Source: Ktedonobacterales bacterium (GTDB lineage: Bacteria; Chloroflexota; Ktedonobacteria; Ktedonobacterales; JADMIN01). Taken from it: a stretch of DNA of 32,000 nucleotides. Under the pieces are notes generated by a model that was given only the letters and a program-made list of their open reading frames with translations, was not told the origin of the DNA and ran no database searches. Position numbers and translations under genes: made by a program. Positions within the stretch are counted from its first letter, which is position 1, and each line of letters begins with the position of its first letter. Below, one piece after another: positions 17,736 through 26,065 of the stretch. Where the stretch lies: the NCBI GenBank assembly GCA_030167145.1, contig CP126532.1, forward strand, positions 660,001 through 692,000. The letters run 5' to 3'.

Positions 17736-19112
17736 TCATTCTTCTACCGTGCCGCCGTTGGTTGCGGCGACGCGGGCCAGCCATGTGGCGCTGTCTTTGG
17801 GGATGCGGCGCTGGGTAGGATAGTCGGTATAGACGATGCCGAAGCGCTGACCAAAGCCATAGGACCACTCGAAGTTATCGAGCAGAGACCAGACGAAGAA
17901 GCCGCGCACTGGCATGCCCTCCGCGATTGCCTGGCGTGTCGCCAGGAAGTGCTCGCGCAGATAGCGCGTGCGGGCCGCGTCGTGTACCTCGCCGTCGCCA
18001 GTTAGGGTGTCCGGGAATGCCACGCCGTTTTCGGTGATGTAGAGATACTTCGGCTGATAGTCGCGATGCAGACGCGTAAGCGTCGCGCGCAGCCCTTCGG
18101 GGTAGATTTCCCAGCCCATCGTGGTCAGTGGCCCCGATGGCGGCACAATACGAGGGTCGGTGGGACCGCCCTTGCCAGCGCGGACGAGCGCACGGGTGTA
18201 GTAGTTTACGCCAAGGAAGTCGAGCGGCGCGGCAATAGTTTCTAGGTCGCCGGAGCGAATCAGGTCTGGTGGCTGCGCGATCAGCGGCACGATGTCTTCG
18301 GGATAGGCTCCTGTAAAGAGCGGATCGGTAAACCAACGATGCCAGAGTCCATCGAGGGTGCGCGCAGCTTCGGCATCGGCCTCGCGGTCGGTGGCTGGCT
18401 CGATAGCAGCGAAGTTCAGCGCCATACCGATGTCTGTGTGCGGCGTCTCGGCGCGGAGCGCTTGACACGCCAGCCCGTGCGAGAGCAGCAGGTGATGTGA
18501 TATGGGGCCAACCAGCGCGGGATTGCGTAGGCCAGGGGCCTTTGTGCCATCTACGTACCCATGGTAGACGATGATGTGTGGCTCGTTGTGCGTGATCCAT
18601 GCGCTGACGCGGTCACCAAGCCGCCGAGCGACGGCTTGCGCGAAATCGGCGAAGTAGCTTGCGGTATCACGATTTTCCCATCCGCCACGATCTTGCAGAG
18701 CCTGGGGCAGATCCCAGTGGTAGAGCGTCACGCAAGGCACGATGCCCCGCGCGAGCAATCCATCAACCAACTGCTCGTAGAAATCCATGCCGGTTTCGTT
18801 GATATGTCCCTTGCCATCAGGCAGCACACGGCTCCAGGCAATTGAAAAGCGATAGGCGCTGTGACTGAGGCGGGCCATCAAATCAAGATCGTCGCTCCAG
18901 CGATGATAGTGGTCGCAGGCGATATCACCTGTGCTGCCATCAGCAATTGTGCCTGGGGCGTGCACGAAGCGGTCCCAGATGGATTCACCTTTACCCCCTT
19001 CTCGCGCCGCGCCCTCGATCTGATAGGCGGCTGTCGCCGTGCCCCAGAGAAAACCCGAAGGGAACCCTGTCTCGCTGGCAGAATCCTGCAGATGTACATT
19101 CGTATCGTTCAT
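17736..19112 (-). CDS. GH1 family beta-glucosidase
   Basis: Contains FLWGTATAAYQIEGA, TLYHWDLP, ITHNEP (acid/base Glu) and YITENG (nucleophile Glu). Confidence 0.95.
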   Translation of the reverse strand: MNDTNVHLQDSASETGFPSGFLWGTATAAYQIEGAAREGGKGESIWDRFVHAPGTIADGSTGDIACDHYHRWSDDLDLMARLSHSAYRFSIAWSRVLPDGKGHINETGMDFYEQLVDGLLARGIVPCVTLYHWDLPQALQDRGGWENRDTASYFADFAQAVARRLGDRVSAWITHNEPHIIVYHGYVDGTKAPGLRNPALVGPISHHLLLSHGLACQALRAETPHTDIGMALNFAAIEPATDREADAEAARTLDGLWHRWFTDPLFTGAYPEDIVPLIAQPPDLIRSGDLETIAAPLDFLGVNYYTRALVRAGKGGPTDPRIVPPSGPLTTMGWEIYPEGLRATLTRLHRDYQPKYLYITENGVAFPDTLTGDGEVHDAARTRYLREHFLATRQAIAEGMPVRGFFVWSLLDNFEWSYGFGQRFGIVYTDYPTQRRIPKDSATWLARVAATNGGTVEE

Positions 19113-19266
19113 GTAATCAGCGCCTCACAGATACGTGTTCTAATGTTCGTGGTGTTCAGACGCGAAGTTGAGCGACATAGGAGTCTTCTAGCGCGTCATG
19201 TCGTCGAGCTCCGCAAGCGCCACCATAACATTTCTTCCTAGAAAATAGTATGAGTTCCAATGCCCA

Positions 19267-19275
19267 TGCTACAAT
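19267..19275 (+). promoter_or_regulatory. Putative extended -10 element TGCTACAAT
   Basis: tgctacaat lies about 63 nt upstream of ATG 19338. A 7-bp hairpin aagacgg/ccgtctt (19283-19300) sits at the predicted 5' end of the transcript. Confidence 0.35.
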
Positions 19276-19337
19276 GGTTTTCAAGACGGTTGCCCGTCTT
19301 TACCCCGGTTTGATGTGGCGGTGAGGAGACTACACCC

Positions 19338-19823
19338 ATGCGTAATCGCAATGCTCAGTGGAGCGAGTGGGGCGATCAGGATGCCCAATATTCGCAGTAC
19401 GACGATGCATATGGCAACGCCTACACCGGACAGTCCGCGTATTATGAGGATGCGCAATATGCGGGCGATACTGGCGGCTACGAGGGTGATTATGGTGGCG
19501 GGTACTTTGAGGGCGAAGACGAGCGGGGTCTTGTGCTCTCGCCTGAGCACTCGCTCGTCAACGTGTCGTCTACCGTTACTCAGCACGGCGCTCCTCTCCT
19601 CTCCTACACACGCACGATGCAGCGCTTTTATGAAAATCGCAAGCAGAAGCTCAGTTTGTTCCGCTTCAAGTGCGAGGTCTGTGGCGAGCGAATCCGTTTC
19701 TGGGCTTGGGAGACGGGAAACAAGAACCGCACCCACGATGGCTGCTATGAGCGGCTCGCCTGGACGTGGACGAATCTCTATGCCCAGCAGCAACGGATGG
19801 CTGCCGAAGGGCGTCTGGAGTAG
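19338..19823 (+). CDS. Hypothetical protein: Y/D/G/Q-rich N-terminus plus a CxxC...HxxC C-terminal module
   Basis: RBS gtgaggag lies 8 nt upstream of the ATG. The low-complexity segment reads QYSQYDDAYGNAYTGQSAYYEDAQYAGDTGGYEGDYGGGYFEGEDE, followed by KCEVCGERIR...THDGC. Two other long ORFs overlap it, and I chose this frame on RBS and composition. Confidence 0.55.
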   Translation: MRNRNAQWSEWGDQDAQYSQYDDAYGNAYTGQSAYYEDAQYAGDTGGYEGDYGGGYFEGEDERGLVLSPEHSLVNVSSTVTQHGAPLLSYTRTMQRFYENRKQKLSLFRFKCEVCGERIRFWAWETGNKNRTHDGCYERLAWTWTNLYAQQQRMAAEGRLE

Positions 19824-19877
19824 GGGCGGGGTTCGCGGTCTTCGGTAATGTAAAGGATATTCAGGCGCACGGATTCG

Positions 19878-19886
19878 TGATATACT
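19878..19886 (+). promoter_or_regulatory. Putative extended -10 element TGATATACT
   Basis: tgatatact lies about 117 nt upstream of the accC ATG at 20003. Confidence 0.3.
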
Positions 19887-20002
19887 ATGTGCCGTCCGCG
19901 CGGCCTCTCTGTTTGCCCCACGAAGGTCAAGATACTGTACGTTTTCAAGTTGGGGGAACAGCGGCTGGGCGAGCTTGTTTCTAGAGCGAGGCTGCTGTTC
20001 GC

Positions 20003-21361
20003 ATGTTCAAGCAAATTCTGATCGCTAACCGTGGCGAAATTGCGCTACGAGTGTTGCGTGCCTGCCGTGAGATGGGCGTTGAGACCGTAGTGGCCTATTC
20101 GGACGCCGACCGTGAGTCGTTGCCCGTTCGCATGGCAGATAAGCGCATTTGCATAGGTCCCGCACCCGGTGGCAAGAGTTACCTCAGCATTCCCAACGTG
20201 GTCAGCGCAGCGATGCTGACTGGCTGCGAGGCGATCCATCCGGGCTACGGCTTTCTCTCGGAAAACGAGAGTTTTGCGGAGATGTGCCGTGATGTCGGCT
20301 TGATTTTCATCGGGCCGCCACCAGAGGCCATGGGCATCATGGGCGATAAAGTCGAGGCGCGCAAGGCGATGCGCGCGGCAGGCATGCCAATGCTTTCGGG
20401 CACCGATGTGCTACGCAGCTTGAGCGAGGCCGAGGCCGCCGCCGCGCGGATTGGCTTCCCGATCATGCTGAAAGCAGCAGCAGGTGGTGGCGGACGCGGC
20501 ATCCGGCTGGCGACTCAGCCCGAAGAGTTCGCTCATGTCTTCACCACCGCGCAGAGCGAGGCGCGCGAGGCCTTTCACGACGACGGCGTGTATGTCGAGA
20601 AGTATCTGGGCCGGGCAAAGCATGTCGAGGTCCAGATACTTTGCGACAACTTCGGCAACGGTGTGTATCTCGGTGAGCGTAATTGTTCTGTGCAGCGCCG
20701 CCATCAGAAGCTGCTGGAAGAGTCTCCCAGCCCGAATCTCCCAGAGAAAGTCCGTCGTGAGATGGGCCAGCGCGCAATTGAGGCGGTGCTGGCCATCGGC
20801 TATCGCGGGGTCGGCACGCTCGAATTTCTGGTGGACGAGCAGAATAACTACTATTTCATGGAAATGAACACGCGCTTGCAGGTCGAGCATCCAGTGACCG
20901 AGATGGTCACGGGCCTTGATCTCGTCCATGCGCAACTGCGTGTGGCTTCCGGCGAGCCGCTGAGCATTCGCCAGGAAGATGTTCACATGAATGGGCATGC
21001 CATCGAATTCCGCATCACAGCGGAAGACCCAGAGATGGATTTCCGCCCGCAGACAGGCGTGATCGAGGAGTATTTCCCCCCAAGTGGGCCGGGTGTACGG
21101 GTGGATTCGCATCTCTATCGCGGCTACGAGATTCCGCCGCACTACGATTCGCTGCTGGCTAAGCTTATCGTCTGGGCGCCCACGCGAGACGAAGCCATTG
21201 CACGGGGGCGGCGGGCGCTCAAAGAATTCATCATCGAGGGCGTGCCGACCACGATCCCGTTCCATTTACGGCTTCTGGACAACCCGCTATTCCAGCGTGG
21301 CGAGGCCTATACAAACTTTCTGGCGGAGCACAGCGCTGAGTTTGCACTCAAGTCGCGGTAA
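20003..21361 (+). CDS. accC: Acetyl-CoA carboxylase, biotin carboxylase subunit
   Basis: Begins MFKQILIANRGEIALRVLRACREMG, with ATP-grasp motifs and MEMNTRLQVEHPVTE. Confidence 0.95.
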   Translation: MFKQILIANRGEIALRVLRACREMGVETVVAYSDADRESLPVRMADKRICIGPAPGGKSYLSIPNVVSAAMLTGCEAIHPGYGFLSENESFAEMCRDVGLIFIGPPPEAMGIMGDKVEARKAMRAAGMPMLSGTDVLRSLSEAEAAAARIGFPIMLKAAAGGGGRGIRLATQPEEFAHVFTTAQSEAREAFHDDGVYVEKYLGRAKHVEVQILCDNFGNGVYLGERNCSVQRRHQKLLEESPSPNLPEKVRREMGQRAIEAVLAIGYRGVGTLEFLVDEQNNYYFMEMNTRLQVEHPVTEMVTGLDLVHAQLRVASGEPLSIRQEDVHMNGHAIEFRITAEDPEMDFRPQTGVIEEYFPPSGPGVRVDSHLYRGYEIPPHYDSLLAKLIVWAPTRDEAIARGRRALKEFIIEGVPTTIPFHLRLLDNPLFQRGEAYTNFLAEHSAEFALKSR

Positions 21362-21470
21362 AATAAAGGCCGTGTGGGTTCCCGGCGATGTCCTTGGTGG
21401 GATTGGCTGGGAGCCTGCGTCAACCGTATGTACGGAAGCTCTGTCTTGAGAACACAGCGAGAGGTGCGAT

Positions 21471-22712
21471 ATGAGCAAGCGCGTCGTAGTGACCGGGATT
21501 GGTTTGATCTCGCCTGTTGGCAACGATACTTCAGCATCCTGGAAGTCATTTTGCGAGGGACGTTCAGGCATCGGCACGATCACGAAATTCGACGCCTCTG
21601 ACCAGGATGTGCGCATTGCTGGTGAGATTAAGGGTTTCGACCCGCTCCTGTACATGGATCGAAAGGAAGTGCGGCGCAACGATCCATTCGTCCATTATGC
21701 GCTTGGCGCGACGAAGCAGGCGCTGGCAGACGCAGAGTTGAGCATCACCGAAGAGAATCAGGATGATGTGGGCGTCATCATTGGTTCCGGCATTGGCGGC
21801 CTGACAGCTTGCCACGAGCAGTTCAAAGTGCTATTCGATCGTGGGCCAGATCGCGTCAGTCCATTTTTCATCACCCAGTTCATCACGGACATTGCCGCCG
21901 GATATGTTTCGATGCAGGTTGGCGCACGTGGCCCGAATTTCGCCACAGTCTCGGCGTGCGCGACGAGCGCGAATGCCATCGGCGAGGCGGCGGAAATGAT
22001 CCGGCGAGGCGATGCGATAGCAATGATCGCGGGTGGCGCAGAGTGCGGGATTACGCCGATGGGTGTCGCATCTTTCGCTGTCATGCGGGCGCTCTCACGC
22101 CGCAACGATGACCCAGAGCATGCCAGCCGCCCATTCGATGCCGAGCGCGATGGTTTCGTCATTGCTGAGGGCGCGGGTATCCTCATTCTCGAAGAGGAGG
22201 AGTACGCGCGGAAGCGTGGCGCACGCATCTACGCTGAACTGGCGGGCTATGCTTCGACCGCGGATGCTTATCACGTGACCGAGCCTGCGCCGGAAGGCGC
22301 GGGACTGGCTCGCGCGATGAAGCGCGCGATGACGAAAGCGGAGGTCTCTCCAGAGCAGGTGGAGTACATCAACGCACACGGCACTTCGACGGTATTCAAT
22401 GACCGCAACGAGACAGCAGCCATCAAGAACATCTTCGGAGACCACGCGAAGCATCTCGCGATTAGCTCCACGAAGTCTATGATTGGCCACACGCTCGGCG
22501 CGGCTGGCGGCATCGAGGCAGGTGTGACAGTGCTCTCCTTGCTGCACAACGTGCTCACGCCAACAATCAACTATGCCCACCCTGATCCGGAGTGCGACCT
22601 GGACTATGTGCCAAATGAGGCACGCGAGGCGAAGGTGAATGTTGCGCTCTCGAATTCCATGGGCTTTGGCGGGCACAATGCGGTCATCGTGTTTAAGCGG
22701 TATAACGGCTAG
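21471..22712 (+). CDS. fabF: Beta-ketoacyl-ACP synthase II
   Basis: Begins KRVVVTGIGLISPVGN. The active-site Cys is in TVSACATSANAIGEA. It also has NAHGTST and GHTLGAAG. Confidence 0.95.
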   Translation: MSKRVVVTGIGLISPVGNDTSASWKSFCEGRSGIGTITKFDASDQDVRIAGEIKGFDPLLYMDRKEVRRNDPFVHYALGATKQALADAELSITEENQDDVGVIIGSGIGGLTACHEQFKVLFDRGPDRVSPFFITQFITDIAAGYVSMQVGARGPNFATVSACATSANAIGEAAEMIRRGDAIAMIAGGAECGITPMGVASFAVMRALSRRNDDPEHASRPFDAERDGFVIAEGAGILILEEEEYARKRGARIYAELAGYASTADAYHVTEPAPEGAGLARAMKRAMTKAEVSPEQVEYINAHGTSTVFNDRNETAAIKNIFGDHAKHLAISSTKSMIGHTLGAAGGIEAGVTVLSLLHNVLTPTINYAHPDPECDLDYVPNEAREAKVNVALSNSMGFGGHNAVIVFKRYNG

Positions 22713-22748
22713 GCGCGCGGCGCAACGTGGAGGGCGGGGAACGCTACT

Positions 22749-23237
22749 ATGACGGAACGACAACACCTCGTGGCCCGCGTGAAGGCGCTTGCCGAGGCGC
22801 TTGAGGGCAGTGAGGTCTCGGAACTCGATCTGAGCGAAGGCGGAACGCGCATCGTATTACGCAGGCGTTTGGAGTCTGCGATTGTTCAGGAACCAGCAGA
22901 GCGTATGGGGCCCGCCAGCCGCCCCGCACGCTCGCGGCACGTGCGGCCCAGGGGGAGTGTAGCCGGCGCACCGGCGTCTGCGCCAGCGCCAGACCCCACC
23001 GCCGCTATTGTCGCACCGCTGACTGGTGTCTTTTATTCCAGGCCCTCGCCTAATTCCGCAGCATTCATGCAAGTGGGCGAGACGGTGCAGGCAGGGCAGT
23101 TGGTCTGTATTGTCGAGGCGATGAAGGTCTTCAATGAGATCAAGTGCGAGATCAGCGGCACCGTAGTCGCGATACTTCCGAAAGATGGGCAACTGGTGCA
23201 GAAAGGCGACGCCCTGATCCGTGTCAAACCCGCCTAG
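22749..23237 (+). CDS. accB: Acetyl-CoA carboxylase biotin carboxyl carrier protein
   Basis: It has a Pro/Ala-rich linker, and the biotinylation motif is CIVEAMKVFNEI. Confidence 0.9.
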   Translation: MTERQHLVARVKALAEALEGSEVSELDLSEGGTRIVLRRRLESAIVQEPAERMGPASRPARSRHVRPRGSVAGAPASAPAPDPTAAIVAPLTGVFYSRPSPNSAAFMQVGETVQAGQLVCIVEAMKVFNEIKCEISGTVVAILPKDGQLVQKGDALIRVKPA

Positions 23238-24975
23238 TTTGCTGGATTCTGGCAATACGTCGGCGTCCGCCAGTCATTCCGCCACTGCCGAGCGCCTTCG
23301 TGGCATACAGCGCAACGTGTGGACTTTATGGGGGTTCCTGCGTTCGCCAGAAGGGCAATGGGCGCTCGCCTGGGCGCTGGTGGCGCTGGCGGTGACGCTG
23401 GATGTGGTCTTCGTTGGGCAGCGAGCGCTGATGCGCTACCATTCCTTTTCCGCCGATGCGTTTGATCTAGGGAATATGGACCAGGCCGTCTGGAATACGC
23501 TCCACGGCCACCCCTTCCGTATGACGAATCGCGGCCTGGATACGCTTGGGCCGCCGACTCGACTCAGCATCCACGTTGAGCCGATTCTGCTGCTCATTGC
23601 GCCGCTCTACCTGATCCATTCGGGTCCAGAGACACTGCTCGTGCTTCAAACGGTGGCGCTCGCGGCAGGCGCGATTCCACTCTTCCTCCTCGGTCTGCGC
23701 CACCTGCCGAGCCTGCCGCTCGTTGCCGCTACACTCGCCTGTCTTTACGTTATTTCGCCAGAGGTGATCGGTTCTGCGCTCTGGGACTTCCATCCCGTCG
23801 CGCTGGCGACACCACTGCTGCTGCTAGCGCTCTGGGCGCTCGACGCACGTCACTATGCCGTTTTTGCGCTGGCGGCGTTTTTGGCAGCTATGACTAAAGA
23901 AGATGTGGCGCTGTCGCTCATCCCGCTGGGTGTCTTCCTGATATTCTGGCGCGGCAAACCCCGGCTGGGCGCTGCGGTGGCGCTGCTTTCCATTGCGTGG
24001 GTGGGGCTGTGTTTCGGGGTCATCCTGCCGCACTTTAGCGGTGGGTCCAGCGGCGGTAATGCTTACTGGTATCGCTATGCTGAGTATGGCGCGACGCCAA
24101 AGATCGCGGTTGTCCATCTGCTCACGCATCCCTGGGAACTGGTGACGTCGGTGTTGGGCGACGAGGCAAAGCGCGGTTATCTCGCGGTGTTGCTGCGAAC
24201 GAGCGGCGGGTTGGGGCTGCTTGCGCCAGGGCTGCTCATCTGCGCACTGCCCGAAATCGCGGTGAATACACTCAGCAGCCACATGGAACAGTATAGTGGC
24301 CTCTATCAGTACAATGCGATGCTCGGCGCATATCTCCCTGCTGCTGCTGTCTATGGCATCACCGCGTTGTACACGGCACGATTGCGTGTGGCGGCGCGGC
24401 AGTCGGCGCCCAGTTCCGACGGGCGGGCAGCGGATGTTCGGCCAGCGCGTGAAATGGACAGCGGACGGGTATGGCGACAACTGATGCAACGGTTCGCGGA
24501 GCGAGTCAGTGCGCGATGGAACGGGTTGCTGGAACACATTCCCGTGCCGGCGCGATGGGTGGGTCCGGTCGTGGTGGGGTGGCTGCTGATGATGAGCGCC
24601 TGGAATCTCGCGGCTACCTTCCCGCTCACGCAGGCATTCTGGAGCGCGGGCGCGCAGCCAGCCCGCCACCAGGCGCAAATTGACGCGCTACTTGCGCGTG
24701 TGCCCGCAGAGGCATCAGTCGCAGCCACCGATACGCTAAACCCGCATCTCAGCGACCGCTATGATCTCTATCTACTACCTGATCCGCAATCCTATCAGGC
24801 GGAGTATGTAGCGTTCGACATCCGGCATGCTGTCTCATTCTCTCAGGCGGATGACCAGCGGATCTATGACACAATGCTCGCCTCTGGGCACTATCAAGTC
24901 GTCGGGCAGGTGGGTACCGTCGTGCTGCTTCGGCGGACTGGTCCGCCACTCAGTCCGTCACCTGGGAGTCCTTAA
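23221..24975 (+). CDS. DUF2079-like polytopic membrane protein
   Basis: Contains FSADAFDLGNMDQAVWNTLHGHPF followed by many TM segments. The GTG at 23221 overlaps accB by 17 nt, and the true start could lie anywhere in 23221-23320. Confidence 0.75.
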   Translation: MSNPPSLLDSGNTSASASHSATAERLRGIQRNVWTLWGFLRSPEGQWALAWALVALAVTLDVVFVGQRALMRYHSFSADAFDLGNMDQAVWNTLHGHPFRMTNRGLDTLGPPTRLSIHVEPILLLIAPLYLIHSGPETLLVLQTVALAAGAIPLFLLGLRHLPSLPLVAATLACLYVISPEVIGSALWDFHPVALATPLLLLALWALDARHYAVFALAAFLAAMTKEDVALSLIPLGVFLIFWRGKPRLGAAVALLSIAWVGLCFGVILPHFSGGSSGGNAYWYRYAEYGATPKIAVVHLLTHPWELVTSVLGDEAKRGYLAVLLRTSGGLGLLAPGLLICALPEIAVNTLSSHMEQYSGLYQYNAMLGAYLPAAAVYGITALYTARLRVAARQSAPSSDGRAADVRPAREMDSGRVWRQLMQRFAERVSARWNGLLEHIPVPARWVGPVVVGWLLMMSAWNLAATFPLTQAFWSAGAQPARHQAQIDALLARVPAEASVAATDTLNPHLSDRYDLYLLPDPQSYQAEYVAFDIRHAVSFSQADDQRIYDTMLASGHYQVVGQVGTVVLLRRTGPPLSPSPGSP

Positions 24976-24989
24976 TAAGGGGCGATGTG

Positions 24990-25145
24990 ATGTCGCTGTT
25001 AGCCGTATTCGCTAGCTGTGCCTATGGTGTTCATTCGTGTCTACATGATGGCGACGGTCCCGTAACAATCATAGGTTTCATCGCGTTCGCAGTCATAGCG
25101 GCCGTTGTGTTCGCGGTTCTGCTCAACCGCCGAAGTCGGGGCTAG
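24990..25145 (+). CDS. Candidate small membrane protein (51 aa), absent from the ORF track
   Basis: My own translation is MSLLAVFASCAYGVHSCLHDGDGPVTIIGFIAFAVIAAVVFAVLLNRRSRG*. RBS aagggg lies 7 nt upstream. One clear TM segment is followed by RRSR. Codon usage is more AT-rich than in the neighbouring genes. Confidence 0.3.
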   Translation: MSLLAVFASCAYGVHSCLHDGDGPVTIIGFIAFAVIAAVVFAVLLNRRSRG

Positions 25146-25176
25146 CATTTTCTAACATGTCGTGGCAGGGGGCTAT

Positions 25177-25938
25177 ATGGCGGCGTTAGGTGATTTCGGC
25201 CATGCGATACTCGACGTGCTGTTCCCGCCGAGATGTGTCTCGTGCCGCGCGAGTGGGGCGGTGCTCTGCGCCGATTGCCTCAGCACAATGCGCCCACCCG
25301 CGTCACCGCTGTGCGCACATTGCGGGCGTTCGCTTGCGGTGATGGCCGCCGTCGTGTCGGGCCAGCCACCACGCTGCCCAACCTGTGCTGCTGGACGCGG
25401 ACCACACGCCCTCACATCGCTGCGGATCGCCACCATCTATGCGGGGCCAGCGCGAAAGGCGATCCATGCGCTCAAATACGAGGGACAGCGCCGGGTGGCT
25501 GTATCGCTAGGCGACCTGTTGGCGGAGACACTGCGCGCCACGGACGAGCGCGCCGATCTGATCTTGCCGGTGCCACTACATCCGACGCGGCAACGTGCGC
25601 GTGGCTTCAATCAATCCGCGCTGCTGGCCCGCCGTTGTGCCGGAAGATTGAATATACCTTGCCGAACAGATATCCTCACACGCAGTCGGGAGACGCGCTC
25701 GCAGGTAGGATTATCTCTGCCCGACCGTCAGACGAATGTGCAAGGCGCATTCGCGCTGGCGCGTCCCGGCATAGGGGCACTGCTCGCTGGCAAGTACATC
25801 GTGTTGATAGACGACGTGACCACGACTGGCAGCACACTCGACGCCGCCGCAGCGGCGCTACGACCCGCGATGCCCGCCGCGATACTGGGACTGGCCGTCG
25901 CGCGCCCGGACCTGACGGATGATGGTCCTGGCATGTAG
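25177..25938 (+). CDS. comF: ComF family protein (phosphoribosyltransferase domain)
   Basis: The N-terminal Cys motifs are PPRCVSCR..LCADC and CAHCG...CPTC. It also has LKYEGQRR, GFNQSALLA and the PRPP loop VLIDDVTTTGSTL. ATG 25177 follows aggggg. Confidence 0.85.
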   Translation: MAALGDFGHAILDVLFPPRCVSCRASGAVLCADCLSTMRPPASPLCAHCGRSLAVMAAVVSGQPPRCPTCAAGRGPHALTSLRIATIYAGPARKAIHALKYEGQRRVAVSLGDLLAETLRATDERADLILPVPLHPTRQRARGFNQSALLARRCAGRLNIPCRTDILTRSRETRSQVGLSLPDRQTNVQGAFALARPGIGALLAGKYIVLIDDVTTTGSTLDAAAAALRPAMPAAILGLAVARPDLTDDGPGM

Positions 25939-26065
25939 GATGCGCGGGCACGTACACTGCAAACGGTGGCAAAGCACCGGAACCTCGCGACAGATGTTGA
26001 AATTCTGCACAGTCTGTCCCCATGGTATCAGCACGAGCGGCGCCAGACAAGTAAAGGCATAGACG

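Noticed and set aside
19281-19848. Alternative ORFs 19281-19793 (-) and 19315-19848 (+) overlapping the 19338-19823 call.
   Set aside because: Neither has a Shine-Dalgarno sequence at a proper distance. Their products are Ala/Arg/Ser/Leu-rich and featureless, or pseudo-hydrophobic. The choice remains unproven, as noted in the findings.
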